64,000 nucleotides of DNA from Gracilinanus agilis (lineage: Eukaryota). The notes beneath the pieces were generated by a model, which saw only the letters and a program-made list of their open reading frames with translations, was not told the origin of the DNA and searched no databases. The stretch lies in NCBI RefSeq assembly GCF_016433145.1, contig NC_058132.1, forward strand, positions 104,922,455-104,986,454, in the 5' to 3' direction. How positions within the stretch are numbered: the stretch's first letter is position 1; every line of letters starts with the position of its first letter. Of this stretch, positions 24,568 through 36,612 are shown in pieces. The position numbers and the translations under genes were made by a program.

Positions 24568-24735
24568 AGTCTCTGTCTCTCTCTCTCTCTCTCCCTTCTT
24601 CCCTCCTTGCTTCTTTCTATCTCTATCTCTCTGTCTCTTTCTGCCTCTGTCTGTGTCTGTTTGTCTCTTTCTCCCTCCCTTTCTTTGATTCTCTATCCTT
24701 CTGTGTCTCTCTATCTCTTTCTATCTTCCCTTCTG
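24568..24735. repeat. CT-rich low-complexity tract
   Basis: Direct reading; source of S/L-rich ORFs 24467-24774. Confidence 0.92.
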
Positions 24736-25028
24736 CTAACCTTTTATGTATTGTCTTCTTCCTTTAGGATGTAAGCACCTGGGGGCATGGGTTATTTTGC
24801 TAAAGAAGGCTTATATTTTTATCCCCACCTCTTAGCACAGTTCCTGGCCCATAATAAACCATTTATAAATGTTCTACCTATTACCTACATACCTATTTAA
24901 CAACTTATTCTGTATCCTTAGAGAAATCAATTTAAAAAATCTGAGTTTTCTCAAATGACAAATGAAGATATTAGACTATATCATGTAGATAGACCTGGAA
25001 GTCTGTCATTTTACAGGCATTTATTAAA

Positions 25029-25215
25029 GGAAGTTAGGTGGCACAATGGATCTGGCTTCACACATTTACTAGCTATACGATTGTAGATAAATCATTTAAC
25101 CCAGTATACCTCAGTTTTCTCTTCTGTAAAATGAGCTAGAGAAGGAAATGGTAAACCACAAATTTCTTTGTAAAGAAAACCTCAAATGAGGTCAGGAAGA
25201 GTAGAAAACAACTGA
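25029..25215 (+). mobile_element. MAR1-type SINE (head partly deleted)
   Basis: ctagagaaggaaatggtaaacc...aagaaaacctcaaatgaggtcaggaagagt. Confidence 0.8.
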
Positions 25216-28138
25216 GATTTAGCTGAAGAGATTTAGCTCTCATTTTAAAGTATGAAGGGAGTAAGTGCATGACTAATGTTGAAGCTGAAGCAAAAATGTT
25301 CATGGCCTACAAGTAGATAGTGAAAAAATTCTTCCTCGGCCTGGATAACATGCAGGGAACAAGGTCATTATATAGTTGGGCTTTTTTTAAAGAAGGTAGC
25401 TGAAAGGTGTGTGGATAATGAAAATTCGTCCTTAGAAGTGCTGAGAAACAAAAATAACTAACTTAAATTGAAGCATTGTAGGAAAAGAGAAGCTATGAAA
25501 AAGATCAGTCTGGATTATGACTAACCAATGGACTTTTGTGTCACATAGGAGTGAAATTGTACATTTTTTCAGTTTTTGAGGGAGACTTTCTTAGTTCAAA
25601 ATCTCAATATTTGAGTGTAAATAATTATTTGTTCATTCACCTGTTCTACCGAGGTACACAAAGTGTTTTTTTAAATTAATATTTGCTAATTCTTCAAATT
25701 AATAAATGCCCTGCATTCTGGGAAGGTGTCCAGTTCCACCCACTGATTCCCAAAAGCCAGAGAATAATTAATATTGCTCTGAATTCTCTGAAGATACAAC
25801 AAAAAGAAAATAGCTAAGAGCAAGAGGAACTTACATTCACCATAATAAAAGATAAACACTCAGAAAACTAGGATTCAGTCATTTAATTGACTTTGCTTGA
25901 CTTGCAAAGCAGGCTGGGGGATTTTCTTTTCCCCTATCCAATTTTTTCCAAGGTAGTGAGTTAGGTTTAGGTTGCTTGTTGGCAGAAGATGGACTGGGTA
26001 GTCATTCATGCCTAGTTCCAAACTTTATAAAAAACTAGCACTTTAAGGTCTTGGAAAAAGAATGCTAGTTCACTCATTTGGGAAAAGGCTCTTGCTTACC
26101 TTGTTACCTAACTACCTGTTTTCTCCAGTTTTCATCTCTGTTGGGTCAAAGATGTTCTCATCTCTGTGTGTGTAGATGGTTGTATTTTTATTTATTTTGT
26201 TACAAATTTCCCAACAATTAGATATTGAGATACAGGGTTTGGGAGGAGATGAGGGCCTGACCTAGGGCTAGTCTTCATCTTTGCTCCTTTCTGACTAGCA
26301 CACTCCCTGTTCCATCTTTTCTAGTTCCTTCCCTCTTCTCTCCAACACAAAAAGACCAAAAGTTCTCATTCTCCTATAGAACACATGGGTGGGTCTCCCA
26401 GAACCTAAATCTGGTGTTTTGGGAACTGAAAGAAATACCTTAATTCACTCTCTGACTGAAGTGGGGCAGGATTTTAAGATGATTACAGAGAAAGAGCATT
26501 TTTATTTTCTCTGGCCCTCCTCAAGCTTCTGACTACAGAGTGGTGATGACAGCTATTATTTCCACATAGCACTCTAAAGTTAACAATGAACTGGTCATAC
26601 AGAGTCACAGGATTTCCTAGGTATTGCAATTTGCCCAAGTTGTTATATTTCAGAGATGCTCAGATTAAATGACTTACTTAAGTTCATACAGCTTTGAAGG
26701 ACAAAAAGAGAACTCCCACATCTGTCTTCTTACTCCTAATCTTTTTTTTTAGATTTTATTGATATTATTTGTTTTATACCTCCTGCCTTTCTTCCTCCTC
26801 CTCAACCTTCTCAGAGATTCTTCACTTATAATGAAAATTTTAAAAAAAAAGATAAAAAAGCAAAACCAATCATCACATTAAAAATAAAATATGGCTTTCT
26901 TTACAATGTTGTATACTTGTGAATTCACAGTTCTCTAGAGGAAGAGGAAAGAAGAAAACAAATATTTATTTAAGAGCCTACCTTAAAAATTATTATTTCA
27001 TTTTATCTCACAACAAACACTGTGCTCTTATCATCCACATTTAACAATCAATGAAACTGAGACAGCTGTACTCTTTCCAATGTACCACACTAGGACCTGC
27101 AATATATGATTAACAGCTTAATGTAACACTTTTAAACACCCCAGACCACCTGATTTCATGTTCAAGATTATTTCTCCCTTGGACCATGCTGCTTTGATTT
27201 AAAAGAAAATAAAAGAAATCAATGAAAAGGAAAGCCTCCAAATTTTGAAATGAAATTAGAGCTCATAAAGAATGAGAGCTGTCTACCTCAATAGTCCATG
27301 AAAGTACCCAGGAGTCACCTTTAGGAACAGGCCCCCCAAATCTGGATATCCTTTCATTATTCTTGACTTAAGTTCGTTTCCTCCTATCTACAAGCCCCAA
27401 TCATCGTTAGCAAGCATTTATTAACTGATTAGTATTTACTGATCCCAGTGCAAAGGGCTAAGGATTTAATAATAATCACCTGCCTTCAAATAACTCACAA
27501 TCTAATGTGAGAGGTAATATGCAAACTACAATGTTAAAAAAAATAAGGATAAATCTTAGAGAGAAGTAACTAACATAACACTCTTTTCAAATGTTACAAA
27601 ACAAAACAACGTTAGCATATTCACTTTAATTACTACTATTGTCACAACAGTATTTACCACTCTCTCTTATAGCAAATATATATGATTTTTAGCAACAGCA
27701 GGATTGGAATTAGTGTCTATGACTCATAGACCTTAGATAAGATGAGCATTGCGGTAGGACACAGGGGGACAACAGTTCCATCTGATTTGTTGCTAAACCT
27801 CTAATATATGTTGCCTTGAACTTCTTAATAGCAGGACTCACTGCCTTTTCTATATCATCCCTTTCAAATAATAAAGTATTTTGCATATAGTAAATATGTC
27901 AACAATTTATACATATGTAATACACACACACACAGACATATATATATATATATATATTGCATTCATTCATTCATTCGTTCATTCATTCAAAGATAGGAAC
28001 CAGATAGATTCATTCAATTAACAAACATTTGCAAACTTTCTATTATGTCATATGCTCTGTGACAGGTATTTAGAGATTGACAAATGTATACAGGACAAGA
28101 CCTTGTACTCAAAGAACTTGGGGTCTAGTTCATGAAAT

Positions 28139-28286
28139 NNNNNNNNNNNNNNNNNNNNNNNNNNNNNNNNNNNNNNNNNNNNNNNNNNNNNNNNNNNNNN
28201 NNNNNNNNNNNNNNNNNNNNNNNNNNNNNNNNNNNNNNNNNNNNNNNNNNNNNNNNNNNNNNNNNNNNNNNNNNNNNNNNNNNNNN
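28139..28286. other. Assembly gap
   Basis: N run (148 nt). Confidence 1.
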
Positions 28287-28737
28287 TTGTGTTCACATCT
28301 TTCACAAGATGAAAGGTGAGGGAGGGAAGTATACATAGTAGTCAAATACACACATACATGTATACGTTTATAAATTATATAGATACATATATGATAGAGA
28401 ATCAATCTATGTTTTCATTTCTAAAGGGGCCTCACAAATGAGGAAATTTCCTCTAACAATGTAGGTCATACACTTTTTGACTCAGCACACATTTCTCATT
28501 GATCACACTTGACTAAGAATAATGGACAATAGCCCTGTTTTCTTTTGTTTTGCTTTTGAGAAGTTTTTAGAAAGAAACTTCAAAGTTTCTAATAGGTTTC
28601 TGGGGGAAAACATGAACCAAAGGGTTCAATAACCTTATGGGACTGTTGTATTTAGGAAATTAAACTCTATTTGCTCCATAATGGGCATTTTTTATTATTT
28701 ATGGTGCTCAAGAAAAGGGGTTTTCCCCCATTTTGCA

Positions 28738-28759
28738 GTGTGTGTGTGTGCATGTGTGT

Positions 28760-28803
<44 letters not shown>
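28738..28803. repeat. (TG)n ending in TGCGCGCA
   Basis: Direct reading. Confidence 0.97.
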
Positions 28804-28804
<1 letters not shown>

Positions 28805-29769
28805 TTGGATGATTTGGATGATCTCAGAAACATTTTCCTGTGAAAGTATTATTATTCCCAAGGCTACCAAGGCAACAAGTAGTTTTCCTCCTGGGATAAA
28901 CAGATGGAACTATTTTTAGGTATCCAATAGACCCCCAATTTAGAATCAGATTTTTAAATAATCGAAAGAACTTTTTTCTTTTTCTTTTTTTTTTAAGTTA
29001 GAGGTTATGGAAAATAAAGTTGTAATTTATTTTTCCCTCATTCAAATTTACCCACTCCAGGTGAGAATTCCTAGGTTAGAGGCAGAGGCTTATCCTATTT
29101 TCTTTCATATGGGAACTAAAATTTGAAAATTCTCTTCTCCAAAAGTAGCAACTTAACCCAACCCAGTTACATAGTCATGTACATGTAATCTTATCAGAGC
29201 AGTGTCGAGAAGATTTCTCTATTCCTATGTAGCCTAAAAGTTTATTACATTTTTAGACTCCCAGGTTACACTGGTGTCTCATATTGTATTAACAGTACAA
29301 TTGTTTTCCAGGGGGATTAGACTTTCCTGCTGGACACAAGAGGTCAGAAAAAAAAGGCAAACAAACAAACAAAAGAAAACATAAAGGTAATTTTATATTT
29401 GATGTAAGACTATAAGGTGCAGTAGAGTGGAATTGGGGATGGTGCTCTAAGAGTTACTATCTCAGATGGAATGACTAAACATGAAAGGATCTAGATATTC
29501 CTCAATAAAGGTTTTGGGCAATGACTAGATGATTACACCTACATCAAACTTTTTCTTCAGATAATAATGGAACCAGATAATTTGTTATCAATTGCAAATA
29601 GGAGAGCTGTGATTTCGTATTCTCCAAAATTTAGTTGTCCAGAACATTGTACAATTTGAGCAAGTCACTTAATGTCTGTCTCTATCAGATTTCTAATTCG
29701 TAAAGTGGGATTAAAAATAGCACCTACCTTGCAGGATTGTTGTAGGCACAAATAAAGAAAGGAAAAAAG

Positions 29770-30230
29770 GAAATCCACATTTATTAAGTGAAATCTCTGC
29801 ATTTGGCAATATGATAAAACACTTTATAAAGATTGCATTTGTTATTCACAACAATCTTAGGAGGAAGGTGCTTATTCCCACTTCACAGTTGAGGAAATCA
29901 ATGCAAAAATAGGTTAAGTCAGTGATGGGCAAACTATGGCCCATGGGCCAGATGTGCCCCCCTGAAATGTTCTATCCAGCCAGGCAAAATTATTCCTAAT
30001 CTGATGAATACAATGAGTAGGATACAATGCAATGAAAATTTGAAAGAGTTGCCTTAGAAACAGACTGACCGATGAGCATTTCCTTTCCTTTGGCCGCCTC
30101 TTTAAAAAGTTTGCCCATCACTGGGTTAAGTGACTTGTCCAAGGTCAGAGATAGAAGGCTTGTTTGAGGCTTAATCTGAACTCAGATCTTCCTGACCCAG
30201 CACTCTTCCCACTGGGTAACCTGGCTGTCT
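29770..30230 (-). mobile_element. MIR/CORE-SINE split by a hAT MITE
   Basis: gaggaaatcaatgcaaaaataggttaagt|gacttgtccaaggtc rejoins across the MITE. Confidence 0.75.
29920..30123 (+). mobile_element. hAT MITE, family B copy 1 (204 bp; termini CAGTGATGGGCAAAC)
   Basis: Terminal inverted repeats; perfect TSD ggttaagt at 29912-29919 and 30124-30131. Confidence 0.95.
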
Positions 30231-31644
30231 CTAAAATCAAATATTTATAAAACACTTGATTTGCTATATAAGTGCTAACTAGTTATATCATAAGACATTA
30301 AAAAAGAGATTCCTCTTTATATAATTCCTGAGTTGTCCAAAGGCTAGAAAGCTAGCTAAGATTCAGCAGTTCAATAATTAATCAGAGATCACAGATATCA
30401 TTGTCTTTCTATATCACTGATCTACCTTCCCTTTGATAAGTCAATAGAAGGAGAGGAAAATTACCATAAAATATCTCATCCAAAAAAAAAGTTATCTGAA
30501 GCTCATGCCGGGAGATATAAGGAAAGGGCTCCAGAACGCCTCCAATACCTTCTGGATACTGTTAGACAAAACATGAGGATTTTGGAGAACATAACAGGTT
30601 CCTGAATGCCAATGCCATCTCACTGCTGTGACAGCCTCCACCAGGCAGCTGCTCACAAACAGGCATCAAGCCCTGCATGTCAAAATCGATTGACATTCCA
30701 TTCTTTAAATGTAAATAAGTGTCTACCGTCATGCAAGGCACAGGTTGAGCAGCCCATGTTGTTATGATGGAGCTGTCAAGGCCCATATGCAGAAACTGGC
30801 CCTTTTACAAAATGGCAGGCAGCACCTGCCTCGCTCCTCAAGAAGCCTTGATTCAGGGCTGAAAAAAAAACCAATGACATCTAATAAAATAATACGTTTA
30901 TTGATTTCAGTCCTTACTTCCATACTTCAAGGATCAGTGACTTCCTTGCTCTGTAGAATCTTTCCACAGTGGCTCAGTCCATGTTCAACATGATAGATAA
31001 CCTTTGTTAATTGTTGTGGCCTAAATAGTTCTGTGAGCTTGGGACCAGCTTTCCATTCTTGAGACTATTCACACTTATTTAAGCTGGTCCATTAAGGAAG
31101 GGAGAGGGAAAAGTGTCTAGTTTAACCTTCTTAAGAGAAGAAACTAATTGCCTTTTTTTCTGTATTTCTCCAATGCCAAGCACAATGCGTGGGCATAAGT
31201 GTGTAATAAATACATGCTGATTTGTTGATTGGTGTCCACAGGCCCATATTCAAATCTTTACTGCAGGATGGGACCTTTCAGAATTAGTGCTCCATTATCG
31301 CAGCCCATTAACCCAATGAATCAGATAGCATTGTCTCCATTTTACAAAATAGGAAACAAGGGATCAGAAATGACTAGTAACTTCAATGCTAGTATGGAAC
31401 TCAAATCTTCTTACTTTGGATCCCTTCCATGCCAAGATGAGGAATCATAAGAGGATCTAAGTGTAGGGTAAGTTTTATTCAAAGTATCAAATTAAAAGTG
31501 ACTGATTTTTAAACTCAAAGTCTTACTGCATTGTTTTATTTTTTACCCCTTGTCTATTATTTTCATAAAGTAATTGATTTAATATGTTAAATATGTCCAT
31601 CTTTGATTAATTTGTACATTTACATTTTCCATTAGTGAATATTA

Positions 31645-32045
31645 CAACATCCTATTATCAATTTTCTTCTTCTTCTGGGTAATTGTTATCCATGATTTTC
31701 TATAAATTCTCTAGCCTCTAGATAAGATTTTATACAATGCAGTCTCAGTTTCCCTGTGGCTCTTTTTTTAATATTTAATAGATAATAAATACCATTGGAG
31801 TAGTTGGGAGGTAAATTATACTTGCTGCATAATTAATCCATTTTCTCTTCTGTTTATATATGTCTCTGATAATATTATGTCTCATATAGAGTAGATGTCT
31901 ATTTATACTCACTACATACTTTCTCATTGTCCTTTGAAATGCCTACAATTGTGACTCTTCAGAGATTGTAATGTTTCATGCGTTTTGGTCATTGTGGCAT
32001 CCCTGTGACAATAAGGTTAGCCATAGATATTTGATTTATGATTTC
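31645..32045 (-). mobile_element. RTE-clade LINE ORF 3' relic
   Basis: Minus frame RDIYKQKRKWINYAA, resembling the RTE C-terminal K..W.GHVAR region, plus a degenerate RTE-like end. Confidence 0.6.
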
Positions 32046-32123
32046 CTCTAAAGAGGAAACTCCCTCAATCAATGAATTAGGCCACCTTTTCTTCAACTTG
32101 CTGCATTATAGAATTGTCTAGAC

Positions 32124-32332
32124 CAGTGATGGGCAAACTACAACCTGCAGGCCAGATGTGGCCCCCTGAAATGTTCTATCCGTTTTAGTGACATTATTCC
32201 TAATCTGACGAATGCAATGAGTAGGATACAATACAATGAAACTTCGAAAGAGTTGCCTTAGAAACAGACTGACAGATGAGCATTTCCTTTCCTTTCCTTT
32301 GGCCCCCTCTTTAAAAAGGTTGCCCATCACTG
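32124..32332 (+). mobile_element. hAT MITE, family B copy 2 (209 bp)
   Basis: Same termini and body as 29920-30123 with one extra TTTCC unit; flanks gtctagac / acctagaa match only 5 of 8. Confidence 0.95.
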
Positions 32333-32375
32333 ACCTAGAACATTAATTTTAAGTGACTTGTCCAGGGTCACATAG

Positions 32376-33262
32376 TGCAATAATAAAGGAGCCAGTTAGG
32401 GATGTTTCTAGAAGAGAGACAGAGAAAGTCTATGAGGTGATTCTCTCTTCCAGCTCTCCCCTGGAGCCAAATATACACTGGGAGATTTTAAGGGGGTGTC
32501 ACCCCAAAACTGGGTGACCTAGATGGTCATGCCACCCCACAGGAGTTGGCGGCAAAGCTTCCCTATAAAAGGAGATATGCGGTGCCCCAAACCAATCCTG
32601 AATAAGGATGGGGTTCACACAAACCTCCCCCTGATCAGTTCATTTCACAGCGGGTGGTCTGGCTTCAAAATGGAAGCTGCCAGACCGAGCTGTGGTTTCC
32701 CTCTCCCTCAACATCTCTCAAGCACTCTGGAACACTATCTGACTATTGAATGGCTTTTTATTATTCACAAATCAGGGATTAGGGAAAGGGGTGAAGGGTA
32801 GAGGGATTTGGGGGTGCCCTCTTTTCTATTCCTATGGCGTCCATCCTTTTCTATACTTGTAAGTTTGACTGAAAGGGGTCTCTCAGCAAGGTTGGGTGAT
32901 GGGTAAAGGAAAATAAGAGATTGCTCCCAAAATGGAGTCCAAACTTAGCTGACTTGATGGTTGAAGTCTTGATGGGTGAGATGCAATGGAATGGCTTTGA
33001 TCAGGGAATCAGGGTTTCAATTTCCAAAAGAAAGATCCTCAGGAAACCCTCAGGACTGGATCCAAGCTGAGATGTCCACCTCCTCCCTCCTCCCAGTCCT
33101 CTGCCCAAAGACCTCCCCTCTTCCTCCTCCTCCTCCTTTTCCTCCTCCTCCTCTGAGGAAAATTCCCAGAATCCTCTCTGATCTCAACTGTCAACAACTT
33201 TCAGCAACTGCCTTCTCTGGCTCCTTTGTTCCCATCCCCTTTGCACAAATCTCATCCTTACA
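32376..33262 (-). mobile_element. 887-bp LTR-type insertion (solo or composite LTR); orientation tentative
   Basis: TG..CA termini; 4-bp TSD atag at 32372-32375 and 33263-33266; host SINE rejoins as ggtcacatag|ccaatatg; AATAAA on minus strand near 32757-32762. Confidence 0.8.
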
Positions 33263-33342
33263 ATAGCCAATATGCATTATCAGAGTCAAGCCTTGACCCA
33301 GATCTTTATCACTATATAGCTTACTCAACTTCTGGATAGCTC

Positions 33343-33488
33343 NNNNNNNNNNNNNNNNNNNNNNNNNNNNNNNNNNNNNNNNNNNNNNNNNNNNNNNNNN
33401 NNNNNNNNNNNNNNNNNNNNNNNNNNNNNNNNNNNNNNNNNNNNNNNNNNNNNNNNNNNNNNNNNNNNNNNNNNNNNNNNNNNNNNNN
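33343..33488. other. Assembly gap
   Basis: N run (146 nt). Confidence 1.
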
Positions 33489-33652
33489 TATCCTTTTCTT
33501 CCTCCCTTTCTCCTTCTTTCCTTCCTTCATTTCCTTCCTTCCTGTCATGTAACTAAAAAGTTTGAGTTTTAGATTTAGAATAAGGAAGTTCTTATGTAGA
33601 ATCCTGCCTAAGTTACTTAGTAGCTGTGTGATGCTTAGAAAATCACTTAACT

Positions 33653-33872
33653 GGGGGTAGCTGGATAGCTCAGTGGATTGAGAGCCAGGCCTAGAGATGG
33701 GAGGTCCTAGGTTCAAAACCTGACCTCAGACACTTCCTAACTCTGTGACCCTGGACAAGTCACTTAACCCCCATTGCCTAGCCCTTACCACTCTTTTGCC
33801 TTAGAACCAATGCATATTATTGATTCTAAGATGGAAGTTAAGGGTTAAAAAGAAAGAAACAAAGAAAGAAAA
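33653..33872 (+). mobile_element. Opossum SINE1-type SINE, well preserved, inserted in a MIR
   Basis: Pol III A-box tagctcagtgg 33666-33676 and B-box ggttcaaaacc 33710-33720; TSD core agaaaatcactta at 33637-33649 and 33873-33885. Confidence 0.95.
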
Positions 33873-36565
33873 AGAAAATCACTTAGCCACTCTGCTTCAA
33901 TTCCACATCTGCAAAATGGGTATAATAATAGCACCTACCATAAGAATTGTTGCAAGGATCAACTGAGATAACCTTCAAGTGCTTTGTAAACCATTAAGCT
34001 CTATAACAATCATAATTATAATCAAAATCATTGTCCTTTCTTCTTTTCTTCTTCCTCCTCTTTCACCTTTTCCTTCTCTTCTTTAATTATGATTATCATT
34101 CCCAGTCTAGTCTTTTCTTCAAGCTAATCACCTCTGTTTCCTTCAGTCATGTTCATATGCCATAGTTTTACAATCCTTTCTCTGCCTTATTAAGATAATT
34201 AAAAGAATTAAAACCATTGCTCAACTATTCAAAGTAGAAATCAGAGTTTTATAGGAAGTACAAAAGATCCTAGGGTTATCTTAATTCTCACCATTCCAGG
34301 ACAATAATCCAAAAGACAAAGATGTAAGACAGTAAACCTAATACCCAACTGTGGATAAATAGACCTTTTTGATTCTGTACAGATTGAGGCGTAATTTCTG
34401 ACAGGTCTAAGCAAGTTATACTATCTTCAGACACATGCCTTGCAGCAGGATCTGTGTTTATGATATAAGGGCCAGGCTAAAGACCTAGAGATTCATCACA
34501 GAAAACTGGATACCAGGCGATCATTTTTTTTTGCCATAACAACTCATGAAGATATAAAATATCAGATAACTGCTGGGTTGTGAACGGCCCTGCTGGAGAG
34601 AGCGTTCATTTCAATGAAACCATGTGTCCTTGAAGGGCTAAAGTAGAAAAGAGGTGTGCTCAATGCTCTATGAATTTATTCTGACCCAGATTGGGAGAAA
34701 AATTATTAGACCACTAGAAGCATTCAGTAGAAACTGCCCCAGTGTATAGATCAGTTTCAGGAAGTAGCTTTCATTTCTGCAATATTTCTAGACCAAGGAG
34801 ATTAAAGAAATGTTATGAACCATTACAGGTTTCTTCTGCTGGGAGAAATGCCCACCTGATGGAAATGAATAGATTGAATCTTTGGGGCTGTTTCTGAGTG
34901 TTTGCCATGAGATGGTATTTCCAGTCCAGGAATCCACAATGAATAGGGGAAAAAAAATAATCTATTGGTTCTCATGTACATTGTGAGCAAAGGACTAGGT
35001 AGGACAAGTGGAGCTTTTCTGAGAGTTTTAAAACCTCTTTTTCTATTTTGGGAATACCAAATAGAGTTATTATAAATCACTCAGGCATGGGGAAAAATGA
35101 CGGAAATAAAATTGTGAAATGGTTTCAATTAAAATAATAACAAAGTACATGGGCTCCCTGCTGGGAAACCATTGCTATTATAAGAATTACTGTTCAGCAT
35201 TTAGCATTTAGAATCAGTCAGGTGACACAGATGAAGCTGCTCAAAAAACTCAATCAAATAGTTGTGTCTACCTTTTTTAGTGCAGAAGAAGAGAAGAAAA
35301 CAAGCATTTATTAAGCACTCACTATATACAGGGCACTTTGCTCAGTACTGGGGATACAAACAGATGCAAAATGAAATATAATTCCTGACACCTCCAAGGA
35401 CTTCCATTCTAAAGTAGGAAGACACACATTAAGGAGTTAAACTTTGAGAGAAAGAAGATGTCAAATGGCAAATTCTTATTGTTTTATGTCCAAGGTCATA
35501 AAAGAAGTTCATATGGAGGCTGAGGTTAGAGTCAATGTCTCCTGACTTTGGGTCCAGCATCCTCTCCATTACCTTAAGTACTTAAATGTAATTATTTTAT
35601 ATTCCCTGAGGATACCAACTGGAACTTCCTCTAAATAGAAAAGCACATCACATTTTGTAAGAGATCTTACAAAAGGAAAACAATAATTTCTCTGGGGATT
35701 TGGTTGATTAAATCATCTTCTCTGCTTATAGTTCAGCTCAGCGTATTTCTAGGTTCTGCTAGATGATGAATTTCACAAACTATTTCTGGCCAACTTGTCT
35801 GAACATGATTTCAGATGATGCGTCTTTTTAAAACAACTCAATTCCAGTCTCTTGAATGAGATCAATTGTTGCTCCATTTCTGCCTTGGGATTTCTGGAAG
35901 GCCAGGTGTTCCTGACTATGCTTCACACCCCCAGATTCAAAATCTCATTACTGAGGGTCTCTATCCAAGCCTAGGCTAACTAAATAACAGACCTGTAAGC
36001 CAGTTAAGGACTCAAGTGCTTTGCTCTCTGAAAAAGGCTTCCCTAGAAATCCAGAAATCATACATACATTTGTGGTGCTGAAAACCAATGACTATGATTT
36101 TTCTTTGAGTTTTTTCAAATAGCTGAATCATTAAAAAAATCCCCCAGCTGTAATTGATCTCTTTACATTGTCATTATTTTCATTTTCATCTTATATTTTA
36201 TAGAATTAAAACCTAAACAGTGTTGTAGTCTTCCATGCACTTTTCGATTCAATGTTCAGCAGATTTGTGCAGGTAGATAAAATGAGTTGTTTTTTTTTCA
36301 AATAAAATTATTAGAATCAAGCCATTTCAAGCAATACAATGAAAATATCTTTGAATGAATTCTAGTAGTAAAAATTATAGAGAATGATATCTAAATTTAT
36401 TGATTTCCTCCCTTAGATCCCTTTATTTTGAGAGATTTTTTTAGGCCAACCAGACCAAAGGCAAGAATATTCTATATGGGGGAGCATCTACTTAAAAATG
36501 TTGTTCCTAGAACTTTACAGGCCATTGGTAGGTAAAGCAAATCCTAGTTAAAAGTTTATATGGTA

Positions 36566-36612
36566 CCATGGAAAATGTTTCTAAAAAATAAAATTAAAAA
36601 AAAGATAATTAA
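36566..36612 (+). mobile_element. Ultra-short (47 bp) L1 3'-terminal insertion
   Basis: ccatggaaaatgtttct matches L1 ends at 18858 and 54209; 16-bp TSD aaaagtttat(a/g)tggta at 36550-36565 and 36613-36628. Confidence 0.75.

Noticed and set aside
26116-26163. Minus-strand 48-nt candidate exon (DENIFDPTEMKTGEN)
   Set aside because: Acceptor has no polypyrimidine tract (cacacacag) and the peptide is unrecognised
33653-33725. tRNA-like A/B boxes, also at other SINE heads
   Set aside because: tRNA-derived SINE heads followed by CORE and tail; no cloverleaf, so not tRNA genes
35763-35914. C/D-box-like motifs (ATGATGA ... CTGA)
   Set aside because: No terminal stem, poor box spacing and no recognisable rRNA/snRNA antisense element
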